64,000 nucleotides of DNA from Eledone cirrhosa (Eukaryota): contig OZ024741.1 in NCBI GenBank assembly GCA_964016885.1, positions 162,874,001 to 162,938,000 on the forward strand, read 5' to 3'. Below are positions 1 to 12,329 of this stretch, one piece after another. How positions within the stretch are numbered: position 1 is the first letter of the stretch; every line of letters starts with the position of its first letter. Both the position numbers and the translations under genes were made by a program. The notes below the pieces were generated by a model. The model had not been told where the DNA came from. It did no database searches and was given only the letters and a program-made list of their open reading frames with translations.

Positions 1-350
1 AGCTATTATTAGGAAGATTTTAATTAGCGAAGCGTTATAACTCGGTGCTGTTAAAATCAACTGAAGCTCGATGTAAAATCTCTGACAAGACAATTATTCA
101 AACTTTTGACTATGAATTCTTTATTACATTTTCACACATATCAGATTCAAGAAGCTTTAAGATATTATGGTCAGGTGAAATTTATATAAAACATGGTGTC
201 TATAAATGATTTTTAATGTCATTAATGCGTTTTAAACAACTGCCTTTTTATGATCTGTTCTTTTAAACTAGGATAAATTCTTCTAAACTAAAGTAAATTC
301 TTCTAAACCATAAATTAATGCTTATAATGAATAATTGTTAATTCTATTCC

Positions 351-352
351 TC

Positions 353-444
<92 letters not shown>
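351..444. repeat. (CT)n-(TA)n compound microsatellite
   Basis: Direct inspection. Confidence 0.95.
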
Positions 445-448
<4 letters not shown>

Positions 449-509
449 ATCTCTCCTGTCGTATGTCGACGTATGAGGGTTCAAAAGTCTTTCTAGTTAA
501 TATTTTTCA

Positions 510-1090
510 TGGTTATAACTTAAATGGTACTTGTCTAGCTTCTACCGATTTACACATCCGACCATATTTAGTGCAGCTGGCAGGATTTTGATCACCATAT
601 TTGAAAATTTTAGGAGATTTATTCGATGACACTTGCTTTATAGCGGCTTGTACTTCATTCAAGCTTGGTTTGAATGCTAATTCGGGCATCTCCAGCCTTT
701 GTCGAATAGACATCACATTTTCATCAATGTTTGACTCAGTATTTAGCACTTTGTTCCTTTCCTCGAGAGTGTATCAACTTAGACTGTGTACGATCAAAGG
801 ATAGAACTGGATTTGAACCTCTCTTCCACGAACCATATATCGCCTCTAGATCATTATAAAAGACCCTGGAGTCCTTTTTATCGACAGTTACATGTAGATC
901 TGCTGCTTTAGTAGCCCATTATGCATCCCTCAGTTTTCTAAGTCCGGATTGCCCCTGCTGCTTACAGTCTTTATAGGCTTTCCTTTTAGTTGTTGAGTTT
1001 TTATCTCCAATCCTAATCCTGTGTAGTTTATGGATCTAACTGATAAGTTTCTGGACACCTGACTTGCTTTCATGAAACCAGTCCTGATAT
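510..1090 (-). mobile_element. Degenerate RTE-clade LINE fragment (region between endonuclease and RT)
   Basis: Minus strand reads WFHE...LRKLRDA*WATKAADL...FYNDLEAIYG, then PSLNEVQAAIKQVSSNKSP. This is the RTE linker and RT start, with stops and frameshifts. Confidence 0.75.
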
Positions 1091-2097
1091 TTTCTCAAAG
1101 GAAATCCTAAGATTTTTACGGAATCCTTGGATCTGAGATGCATCCATCTTATCTTATAGTTGGCAGGTTGTTGAAAAAAATCTAACAGAGATGCTATGAT
1201 TAAATTCTTTGCAGAGTGATAGAAACCATTTTAAAATGCTGGATCGTGTAACAAAAAAATAAATCTTTCTGTTGGTATGATGTGTGTGATGAAACAAACA
1301 GCACAGATAGAAGGATGAAAGAAGACAAATGAAATAAAATAACGGGATAGTGGACACCAAGCTCTAGTGTCTGTCCTAAATACAAAGCTAATTACAGCTA
1401 GGATAGTCTCAATTAAATCGGGCGAAACCACTTTGCTGGTTTGAGAGTTGATGCGGGTGGAGATGTGTGTGTGTATCTGTATGTGTGTGTGCGTGTGTGT
1501 GTGCGTGCGAACTTGACTTGTATATCACATTGCTTTATTTCCTTCTTCCAGTCACTTCTATGTACCAACACACTTCTCCTTGTCCTCCTCCTCTTTCAAT
1601 CTTTTCTATATTTCATCTGCCTGTGACCCACCTCGGGAATAGTCTATCTGCCGATCACTGAATACTGGTCTCAGTCCTCTGAGGCATTTTTGGCCATGGC
1701 AGCCATTGACAGAAGTATGTGGTAGGGATGGCGTGGGGGAAAGTTTGGAGATAATTGATATAAAGAGGGGGATTGGGAGAGTGTTTTGTGTGTTAGATAT
1801 AGGGAGGGGTAGAATTTTGTGGTTGTAGATATAGAAAAAGGATAATGGGAGAGTGCTGTTCAGTAGACATAGAGAGGTTCGCAAATACTAGGAACGGTGG
1901 GAATAAGGGTGGAGGGCTTTGGGAATTCGTAACTGTAGAGTTGACGTAAATATGGGATTTCTTGTACTGTTCTTTTTTGTTGTATATAATCTTTTTTTAA
2001 CGTAAAATAAAATAATAAGACTTGAGAGTACGTGAATTATTGATAGACGTAAGAATGAAAACTCCATACCGAAGTAGAGTTTAAATATATAGTAGAG

Positions 2098-2163
<66 letters not shown>

Positions 2164-2166
<3 letters not shown>

Positions 2167-2501
2167 GGGCGGTGGAAGCACTTCTGAATTGGGGGATGGG
2201 GCGGCGGCAAATTTGCTCAATTTAGTTGTAGTGATTAGTTTAGCACGCTAAAATAGTTAGAAAATTTCGATATGCGATAAACATGACATGTGCATAAATT
2301 GTAGCGCATATCCAAATAGATGTGAGTTTTGGTAGTTTGAGGAGAAAAAATAGTTATTTGAGCAGTGTGACAAGGCTCATCACTTAGCCATATTGAATGA
2401 ATATTTAAACTCTATTTCGGTATGAAGTTTTCATTCTTACATCCGTCAATAATTCACGTACACTCAGGTCTAATTATTCAGAAGTACTTCCACCGCCCCT
2501 G
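2164..2501. mobile_element. hAT-like MITE inserted next to a (TA)n tract
   Basis: 26-bp TIRs with one mismatch (caggggcggtggaagcacttctgaat / attcagaagtacttccaccgcccctg); no ORF. Confidence 0.75.
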
Positions 2502-2511
2502 TTATATACAT

Positions 2512-2563
<52 letters not shown>

Positions 2564-2920
2564 TGAAAACACACACGTAGACAGCCTCTACATTAAGGAC
2601 CAACATATAACCACAAAAAAATCTACTGCCTTTTCGCTTAAAGGAGCTTGGCTTTCCAAAAGTAATGCACTGGGGTGAATTTAATCGACTTTTCTACTCT
2701 CTTTAAATTGCTGGCCTTGTGCCAACTGTAGAAACAATTATCTCTTAGTTGTCTTCGGAGAAAATAACTCCTGGTCAGCTTCGATTATATAAACATCGTG
2801 GCGTACCTGCTCGTTGATGAATGTAAATCTGGGCAGGTACCAATAGTGATACTTCTGGCTAGCCACATATTCGCCCACTGACTCATCTTGACTAATGAGA
2901 ATATATACATACACATACAT

Positions 2921-3925
2921 ACATGTCATAAGCAGCTGTCCCAAGATGTCAACGCGTTACTATCTACCTATGAGGCGTGATGTAGTGGCCAAAATACTGT
3001 ACAATGCAATCCGTAGAAAAGATAACCCCGATAATGAACACATTAAAAGCTACAGCAATGTAGAAGACATACTTACACATAATATGAAAGAGTATTGGTG
3101 GAATGTTCCAGTAAAAACCCAATAAAATGCAGGCATAACAGACTAGATATAATGATATGGGACAGGGAAAAGAAGGCATGCACAGTAGTGGAAATTAACT
3201 GCCCAGCAGATGCCAATATAATATCAAAGATTAGCGAAAAGGAGAATATTTATGCAGAACTGATGAGAAATCTGCAGATACTCCACCCGGATTACACCTT
3301 CAGATTTATGCTTGTGATTATTGGGGCACTGGAGTATGTTAGTAACTGCCTCAATACAAATCTTGAGAAGCTAGGCTTCACAGGAACAGAAAGAACACAA
3401 CTAGTTAGGAAATTACAAGTACAATCCATTAATGGAACAGTAAAAATATATAAAACATTCCAAAAATGTTGCATCTAATAACTGCATATACACTTGTACA
3501 GATACTAAGCATATACACATGCACGCATACAACTCAAAACATCCACATCCACACATACAACAACATCCATACCTGCACACACATGCATGCATGCAGACAT
3601 GAATACATATCTATCTAGTTGATGTGTAAATTCCAATGAGAAAGTCTTGTAACTATGTTAGAAACCGACTCTCTCTCTATTGGCAAAAAATTGGGAAATT
3701 ATAAAACCAGAAGAACATACATACATATACACATGGACACATACAACTAAAAACATACACATCCACACATACAATAACATCCATATCTACACATGCATGC
3801 AGACATGCAGGCATATCTACCTAGTTGATGATGTGTAAATTCCAATGAGAGAGTCTTGTGTCTATGTTAGAAAGGGACTCTCTCTCTATTGGTAAACATT
3901 TGTGAAATTATAAAACCAGAAGAAT
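2921..3925 (+). mobile_element. R4/Dong-clade LINE family B, 5'-truncated copy plus a second tandem 3'UTR fragment
   Basis: HVISSCP..YY..RRD, WWNVP, HNRLDIMIWD..VVEINCP..EKENIY (restriction-like endonuclease, RLE). 3' ends at about 3716 and 3925 run into (CATA)n; the 5' junction is also at (TACA)n. Confidence 0.85.
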
Positions 3926-4643
3926 ATACATACATAGCTACATACATGTATAGATACATACATACATACATACATACATACACTTACTGCGTGGAAGAGT
4001 TATACAAATGCACACAAGAACCGTTAAATTTATTTTATATTTATTATATATTTCCTGGTGTCAAACGTAATTTGTTTAACGCATGAGTGAGATGAAAAAG
4101 AAGTGTCTTCAACGAATTGGATGTTGATCCGTCATCAGGAAAGATATGAGAGTGGAAAAGAATTTAAGAAACACATAGAGGGGAAAATTAAAAAGAAAAA
4201 CAATAGGAAACGGAAGATTTGTGCAACACAAGAGCATTAAAAAAAACCCCAGCGTAATTCGAAAATATGGGGGCGTTCTTTTATGTAAAATATTAATATT
4301 TTTATTACTCTCATGTAATAATGGATGGGATGATAACAATATTGTTAAATGACCCTGAATGAATGTCCTGTAATTAGCCGTGCACAATTTCTAAGGACAA
4401 GAAACTGTTTAAACAACAGAGGTACATTACTGGAAGAACAATAGTGTTGAACGCTTCAAATTCAATTAAGGGTAAAGAAGCGCCATGTGTTTAGAAATGT
4501 TGAAAATAATATTACCAATCAATGTGCACATGCTTTCATTTCTTACGTAGCTTGTATTGCCTTTCCGAGTACGAAGCTTCCATCAATTGTTCGTGTACAA
4601 TGCTTGTATTGATTGCTCGTGTGAAAAAATTGCTTTGACGACC

Positions 4644-4645
<2 letters not shown>

Positions 4646-4683
<38 letters not shown>

Positions 4684-4698
4684 TAAATATGTACACAG

Positions 4699-4784
<86 letters not shown>

Positions 4785-4804
4785 ATAAGTAAATATGTAC
4801 ACAT

Positions 4805-4845
<41 letters not shown>

Positions 4846-4987
4846 TATTATATGTACGTATATATTATATGTACGTATATATATATTCATATATGTACAT
4901 ATAAAAATATGTATATGTGTATACATATATATGAATATATATGTGTGTGTATATATGTATATATATATATATGTATGTATATATGTA

Positions 4988-5080
<93 letters not shown>
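4646..5080. repeat. (TA)n/(CT)n compound microsatellite block
   Basis: Direct inspection; accounts for all ORFs called between 4536 and 5273. Confidence 0.95.
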
Positions 5081-5084
<4 letters not shown>

Positions 5085-6511
5085 TCACACTATTTTCCCT
5101 TTGTATCTTCACCGTTAATAGAAGGCATGATTTGTTTTAATCGATATTTGGTTTTTTCTTTTATACCATTTAAGAAGATCTCATTAATCACCACGCCTGA
5201 TACCTTGGCACACTTTTATTTAGATGTAGCATTGTATTTAATGAAGCTGATTATATCTGTCATTATGATTTGATAATAGATATCAACAATGTATTTTCTT
5301 TCACAAACAAAATGGTTTAGATTTCGCGTGACGAAAAAATAAAAGGTTGGTACGTCGATAATTTCCCCTAGGGTATTAGTAGTGTAATTGAAGCAAATGT
5401 TCTATTATAAAACTGAACTAAAATCTGTTGTAGCCTCCATGCTCCATGCTAGTGAAAATATATTTATTTATTTTCTCTAAGAATAACATCAATGTTTGCA
5501 TAGAATCAAGAAGGAATTTAACTTCCAGTCTCAGCTAAATTTATATCTCATTCCTTTTAACTTCACTGAAACCCGAAATAAAGATTATATTTAATTATAT
5601 ACATAAGAAACTTAATGTAAATGTACATGAATGCCCATCAAGTAGCGAACATATCTTATGGTTGGGATATGCTTATAAAGAAACTCCCACTAACTTAAAT
5701 TCTATTTTAGCAAGAAGTTAAGATTGGCAGCTAAATTTGTCCTAATGTATATGTATTTGCTGATTTCCCTTCCCAGAATGGCTTTTTTTTCTTCACAAGA
5801 AACAATATTTGAATGTTTAAGTCCATTTCGTTCTCTTTCTACAAATAGTTTTTTCGTGCATTGCATAACGAGAATGAAAAAATATATAAAATAGATGTTA
5901 GTTTTATACAATAAAATAGGAATCTATTTTATTGCACAATAGAAAAATTACAAGTATGTATCACAACATGCTGCTTGGCAGTGTTTCAATCTCTTTTCTT
6001 TGGTTCCTTAAACAGTTTTAGATATTTATTGCGTTGATTAAAATTTACTCACTTAAGTTAGTAAACTCTTTTGTTTTTCTTTCACATAACAACTGGAAAT
6101 ATATATAAAATAACATTAAAAATATCTTACTACTAAGAAATCTTTAGATAGAACATTTTATTTAAAATCAATAACATCTTTCCCAAAATTTCCAAGGCTT
6201 TTAGTTCAAATGATTTGTTTTATTTAAACATTTATTTACCTATGCATTTCCCCGGATACAAGAGTTCGTATGGAAAATTGAATTGAAAATAAATCTAAGT
6301 CAGAGCATAGACACAATTAAATACATTTAATAAAAATAGAATAGTGTGGTTTCGTTTTGAATTGGTATCAAAATAAAAATATCCCTGCTGATAAAATAAT
6401 GTTTTCCAAGTTGTTTCTAGTATCTACGCGGAAATACTAATTCTAACTTTTTCGGACAGAACTGATAAGTTTTAGAATCTTTGAAATATTGGATATTACA
6501 GTGGAACACAG

Positions 6512-6550
<39 letters not shown>

Positions 6551-6551
<1 letters not shown>

Positions 6552-7024
6552 CATGTAACCCAGTACAACCTGTCTCATGGTCGGGTCGTCAGCGACTAAC
6601 CCGGCAACCTCACCAAGTTTGCCTTGTGAGGAGGGTGATATTTAGACACCCTGCGGGATGAAATACAAGACCTGGCAAAGAGACTAGCAACGCAACAGAG
6701 TCAATAATCATCCCAATAGTACTTTTTTTTTTTACTTGGGGGTGAAAGGCCCTCAGTTGTTGTCACAACACCTTTCTAGGAGAGGGCAACTCCGAAAAAA
6801 AAAACCTGTGGCTTCGGTAGCATCCGATAATGTTGACCAGTTCTCCTTTTCGGGTAGTGTTTTCGATGCTCAGCGTGTGGGATTGGTCCTTAAAAAAACT
6901 CCAAAGCGCAGGCATTGCTTGTTCAGGATATGTTACGGGTTTGTGTGACTGGCCGTAGCCTAAAAGTGCACCAAACTCTATAATATGACAAATGATTGCA
7001 GTACTCTTAGCAGAGTTTGCAGCT

Positions 7025-7028
<4 letters not shown>
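6551..7028 (+). mobile_element. Non-autonomous RTE-derived element (5'UTR joined to 3' end), flanked by (TA)n
   Basis: Shares ctaggagagggcaactc..aaacctg..ccgataatgttgacc..gcaggcattgc and a 3' stem-loop plus cat end with the copies at 34776, 47770 and 53854. Confidence 0.65.
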
Positions 7029-7111
<83 letters not shown>

Positions 7112-7585
7112 CGTTTCATTCTTTTCCATTTATCGTTTTCGGTGCGCCCGGCCGACTAACTCACTCGATATGCAAATTAGGCTGCTCACTCGTTAATATG
7201 CATAAAGAAAGTATATACTTTCAAACGTTCAATCATCTGACAGGAAGGTAGACGATGCTGACGGTAGCTAATAAGCTTGCAACTAGTACATTGTTCCTGT
7301 GTCAGTGTTGAACAAAAAGGCGACGATGGTTGTGGAACACTGTACGGCGTAATTCGGGCTGTTTGTTTAGAAACAAACCGAACATTATAATAAATGTTCG
7401 CTAAACTCATACGTACATATATATATGTGTGCATGTATGCATATATATATACATACTACTGTACGTATGTATACATGTATGTATGTACGTATACATACAT
7501 ACTTACATTTAAGTAACAGCCGTACTATGAGTGAGAAATGAAATTTCGTTTCATTCTTTTCGTGAAACGAAATTCGCCCGAAACG

Positions 7586-8174
7586 AATGCAATAGGCATT
7601 TCAATAAGAAATTAGAATGGATGAATAAGAAAAAACTACAAGAAAGGAAAATAGAATATTCTCAAAAATACCCAGATAACATCAACAATATCTGTATGAC
7701 TGATGTAAAACTACCAGAAGAATTTACCAATGACCACACAGTAAATATTTATGGGAACACTTTAATCAGTGAACAAGAACAACAAATCCCGCAGCTACCA
7801 CCAAAATTTGCCATCTACAAAAAGATTAACCCTATTGAGTGCAAAACGGAGCTGGAAAAGTGTTTCACAAAAATACGTTGGAATGCAAAAGTAAACAACA
7901 ACAACAACAATAATAACGGTAGTAGTAATATAAACAATAACTCTGAGTATAGAAATAACAGCCATAACAATAACAATAGCAGGAGAGTGAGAAATAGTAA
8001 TAATGGTAATAATACTAACGATAGACAGAACAACAACAACAACCACAATAATAATAATAATAGAAACATTAACCATAGACACAGCAGCAGCGACCACAGT
8101 AGTAATAACGGTAACAATGCGAACAACAACAACAGCAACCACAGTGGTAATAATGGAAATAATACAATAGCAAT
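7586..8174 (+). pseudogene. N-terminal fragment of a Penelope-like element ORF with an Asn-rich tract
   Basis: ISEQEQQIPQLPPKFAIY..ELEKCFTKIRW resembles the PLE N-terminal domain; cut off at the start of the next element. Confidence 0.55.
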
Positions 8175-8434
8175 AGATCTTTGATTCTTATAACTTATAT
8201 ATAACTGCTCTGTAAAACATCTGATGTTATTACATTGAGCTATTTAACTTACTGGTAATAAGGTAGTAATATATTACTGCCTATCACTATTTAGGGTTTG
8301 TAAAAATATATATAACTACAAAAGGTCTTTGTATTTGCATAACCATAAATAGTATCCGTAATACTATTAACTGCTCCATACTGTTGAGCTGACATACAAT
8401 AAATTACCAATATGCTAATCAAAGACACATCCCC

Positions 8435-9859
8435 ATGTCAACCAAGAACATACCAATACCATCCAAGAATACATATGAGAAATTGTTGATCAACAGTGTA
8501 AATACCTTTATCAATAGAGTGAGATGGAGGACATTCCATTATGATAAAAACAAATCTAACAATGTTAATAATACTAAAAAATTTGACACCTTCGGCTTTA
8601 AAACCTTTAAAAGCCCCCCTCATAACACACTACTAAACTCCTTTGAAAATGACCTAATAAAACTAGTTAAGAACATTAAATACAATAAGCACCGTAATAG
8701 AAACAACACCTTCTTAAACAAACTTAACACCTCTATTAATGAATTCAAAACTAGTAATAAAATTATTGTACACGCGGATAAAACTAATAACGTATACAGC
8801 CTAGATTATAATACTTATAGAAAGTTTATATATAATGAACTACATAAAAGCTACAAGAAAACTACTATGAAAATCCTAGAGGATATTAATATAGAGGGAT
8901 ATAATATAGTGTTTAAACTAGGACTTCAGAGGCATACACAACCATACACCCCAAACCCCCCTAGATTCTCTCTGAAGGACCATAAGGAGGACTTCCTTAG
9001 CAACCCCTCGATTAGACTTATCTCCCCTTCCAAGTCTGACATTGGCATTATCAGTAAGAACATTTTAGATAAAATCATCCCACAGATTAAACACAAGATA
9101 CACCTTAAACAATGGAGAAATACGGGTGAAGTTATTGAATGGTTCAAAGATATCAAGAATAACAAGGACAACAAATTTATTCAATTTGATATCAATTCAT
9201 ACTACACCTCTATTTCCCCTATCCTATTAAATAAGGCACTAATCATGGCCATGAGCAATAGCGACCTGACTAGAACCCAGATTGATGTCATCCTTGCGGC
9301 CCGTAAAACCATAATCACCTTTGAAGACCAATTATGGACCCGCAAGGATACGCACAACAACTTCGACATAACCATGGGGTCTAGTGACTCGGCGCAGGTC
9401 ACTGATTTGGTCGGCCTATACTTACTTAATGAAATCCATAAGGACCTTCCATACCTCAACGGTGGTTTGTACCGCGATGATGCACTTCTACTTATAGAAT
9501 ATAAAAAATTCAATATAGAAAGAACTAGAAAACTATTGCACAGGACAATCAAAAACTATAACCTTAGTATCATCATGGACAAAAACACTAAAAATGTTAA
9601 CTTCCTAGACGCCACACTATACCTAGACTCAAAGATATATACACCTTTCCATAAGCCTAACGAAAAACCCATTTACGTGGATACCAAGTCTAATCACCCT
9701 AGATCAATATTAAACTCTATCTCTAAGGGGGTATCCAATAGAATCTCTAATCTACCCTATGACGCAAACATATTTAGCAAAAACTCGCAATATTATAATC
9801 AAGCATTAGCTAGATCCGGCCATAATATAGAGATTGAGTTTCTACCTACGAAAACATAG
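8435..9859 (+). CDS. PLE reverse transcriptase (N-terminal part of a frameshifted ORF)
   Basis: Motifs ADKTNN, FIQFDINSYY, MGSSDSAQVTDLVGLYLL, GLYRDD, VNFLDA, SNHP. Confidence 0.85.
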   Translation: MSTKNIPIPSKNTYEKLLINSVNTFINRVRWRTFHYDKNKSNNVNNTKKFDTFGFKTFKSPPHNTLLNSFENDLIKLVKNIKYNKHRNRNNTFLNKLNTSINEFKTSNKIIVHADKTNNVYSLDYNTYRKFIYNELHKSYKKTTMKILEDINIEGYNIVFKLGLQRHTQPYTPNPPRFSLKDHKEDFLSNPSIRLISPSKSDIGIISKNILDKIIPQIKHKIHLKQWRNTGEVIEWFKDIKNNKDNKFIQFDINSYYTSISPILLNKALIMAMSNSDLTRTQIDVILAARKTIITFEDQLWTRKDTHNNFDITMGSSDSAQVTDLVGLYLLNEIHKDLPYLNGGLYRDDALLLIEYKKFNIERTRKLLHRTIKNYNLSIIMDKNTKNVNFLDATLYLDSKIYTPFHKPNEKPIYVDTKSNHPRSILNSISKGVSNRISNLPYDANIFSKNSQYYNQALARSGHNIEIEFLPTKT

Positions 9860-10868
9860 CTACAGCATTATCTCGCACAATATGTCCATGAGGAAACCTA
9901 GTAATATGAATAGCAACCACACGCACACTAAAACAGCGGGTGCCATCAAAAGTAACCATTACCGCAGAAACTACCGTAGTACCTTAAGAGGAAACAACAC
10001 ACCAGACACTAAAAACAAAAATAGAAGAAGAAATAATATATTTTTCAACCCTCCTTTCAATCTAAACGTCTCTACCAACATACCTAGGGCTTTCTTCTCA
10101 CTACTATATAAAAACTTCCCTCTAGGACACAAGTACCATAACCTTTTAAACAAAAACACTATTAAAATCTCATACTCTACGACGCCTAACATAGCATACC
10201 ACATAGCTAGTAGCAATAAAAGAAAAATTAATTCTTACTTCCAACAAACAAAATCGCAACAGGGGGTAAACCTTCAAAATAACTCTGTAGCAAGTAACCC
10301 TAATAACGGCAGTAATAATAGTAATAGCACTAGTATAAGCAATAACACCGGGGACGACAACCCCCATATCCAAAATCCTATAGCTACCACCCGGACTTCT
10401 GCACAGCATTATAACCAGCAGACTACCACCCAGAATAATTGTAACTGTAGAGCAAATAGAACCTGCCCTTTAGATAAAAAATGCTTAATCAAGGATGTCA
10501 AATACTCATGCACCGTCACAACTAGCAACTCTTCAGAAATCTATGTAGGCTCCACTTCTAACTGCTTCAAAACCAGGTATAATTCGCACATCCACTTGTT
10601 CAAAAAACACAGTCTAGCCAACCCCACCTCACTATCTAGCTACATACACTATCTAAAAACTAAAAATAAATCTTACACACTCAAATGGGAAGTGATAGGT
10701 AGCGCGACTTCGTACAAACCACCTAATAAATTTTGTAACCTCTGTCTACTAGAGACCCACACTATTATCTTCTCTAACCATAACCTATTTAACAAAAAAT
10801 CTGAAGTGTTCGCGACTTGCCAGCACCGCTTCAGACATTCCTTCCAAAACTTTAAGCCCAATATATAG
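9834..10868 (+). CDS. PLE linker and GIY-YIG endonuclease (C-terminal part of the frameshifted ORF)
   Basis: FNPPF, CNCRANRTCPLDKKC (CxCx5Cx5C), YVGST..FKTRYNSH, CNLCLLE, CQH. Different frame from the RT ORF. Confidence 0.85.
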   Translation: MSFYLRKHSYSIISHNMSMRKPSNMNSNHTHTKTAGAIKSNHYRRNYRSTLRGNNTPDTKNKNRRRNNIFFNPPFNLNVSTNIPRAFFSLLYKNFPLGHKYHNLLNKNTIKISYSTTPNIAYHIASSNKRKINSYFQQTKSQQGVNLQNNSVASNPNNGSNNSNSTSISNNTGDDNPHIQNPIATTRTSAQHYNQQTTTQNNCNCRANRTCPLDKKCLIKDVKYSCTVTTSNSSEIYVGSTSNCFKTRYNSHIHLFKKHSLANPTSLSSYIHYLKTKNKSYTLKWEVIGSATSYKPPNKFCNLCLLETHTIIFSNHNLFNKKSEVFATCQHRFRHSFQNFKPNI

Positions 10869-12282
10869 CAATGTCAGACTTGAACCAGGCACCACCTCTA
10901 GCATCAAACACCAAGGGCACACCTTATACCACATCCCCACACTCATTGATCCAATATAACACTAATAGGGACATCCCTCTAGAACCCTTCACAGTATGAA
11001 TACCCCTTTGTACTTCTACTTTAGGTGTGACTGCATTCAGTTGCTTGAACTGCACTACACCACTTTATAATTAATGTAAAATTTAAGCATTGAATTGATT
11101 GTATTGTTGGTGCTCAGCGGGTGAAGTGCCATCGTTGGATAAATGGAAGACTAATTAATCTAGTAGCGTTGATGAGCTGTATAACCTATATGCTGAGTGC
11201 AGTGAATGTATTGCAAGTGGCGTATGAGTTGTACATATATGTATGAATTGATGGTCAGATTAGTGACATGATGAGTGTGGATTGAGCTCTGGTCTACCCT
11301 AGTGATAGTTAACTTTCGACATCCAATATAACATGCACTGACCCAGAGCTTACCAGGGATTATTATATATTGAAGTGATTCTATAATCACCCTGCCAGGT
11401 TCTATGAGTAGACTACAATCACAATGATCATTGATTTAGAAATCTCGCTCATCGTGTAAAATATTCAATTGTGGCACTCTATAATGGAGGAACACCTTTA
11501 ATACTGCTTGATAGACTACATTATAGTTAGGACACTTTAAATTTTTAGAAACTGTATATAACCATATTTTGAGACACCATTTAATATTTAGTCATAGAAA
11601 CCACTGAGTTACCTCCCCTCACGCATTAACTCCCCTTAGTCACACACAGACTTCCGGAAAATAATTCGATGTCGATTCTCGCAACTTAACAACCTGCTTT
11701 ATTGAGCTAAAGACCAACAAACTACGATTCTCTAACAGGATCGTCAAACGCCTAATATCGAATCGTCGTGGATTACGCGAGGGGCATATAATCTGAATAA
11801 TACGCTCCCCGGACTGTGAAAATGGTGCTGTGCATGAAATCCATATCATCGCTTTGCTACGCATTTCCAATATTTTTAATGCTTATATTATTTCTCCACG
11901 CACAGGCTATAACATTCATATAAAGGATTCATTACCAGTTCAACCCCCTTAACACTCTTGATCACCCGTTTAAGTGCTTATATTACATGTAACACTCTGC
12001 CACACTATAGCATTACATAAACAAGATACACGTGCTTGCCACACGTGTAACTATTGCACTCAATAACTGCTTATGACTATCCTATCGCATTAATTTCATG
12101 TTGTATTTTAACCTGTATTTTTGATTTTGTCCTCTTTTAATATGAATGTAATCTCTAAATGTGTACTGCCACACTAAATGCTGTAATGGATGTCGACCCA
12201 CCAAGCAACAATGTTAGCATATGTATCTGTATGTCTCTTGGGTTGAAAAGGAGGTCACATAAGTGTTCATTCATTAATAAAT

Positions 12283-12329
12283 TGCTCCGAAGAATTCAAA
12301 CCTCGGTTTGGAGGAAACAATTGTAAGCA
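12283..12329 (+). ncRNA. Minimal type I hammerhead ribozyme (U4C core variant)
   Basis: tgct CCGAAGA a ttcaaacc tc ggtttgga g GAAA caattg TA agca: stem I tgct/agca, 8-bp stem II, palindromic stem III. Confidence 0.75.

Noticed and set aside
1606-1960. Possible PLE endonuclease remnant (KALHPY..SLCLL)
   Set aside because: Similarity too weak to call.
3260-3275. CTGATGAGAAA hammerhead-like core
   Set aside because: Lies in Dong-B coding sequence with no room for stem II.
4536-5273. ORFs rich in YI, CV, MYVC or HT repeats, here and at other microsatellites
   Set aside because: They are translations of (TA)n, (TG)n, (TATG)n and (CA)n tracts.
9834-9902. Stop-codon readthrough or selenocysteine recoding between the PLE ORFs
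   Set aside because: The stop is TAG, a second TAG follows in frame, and the downstream ORF is in another frame. The domain order is not the Naiad type.
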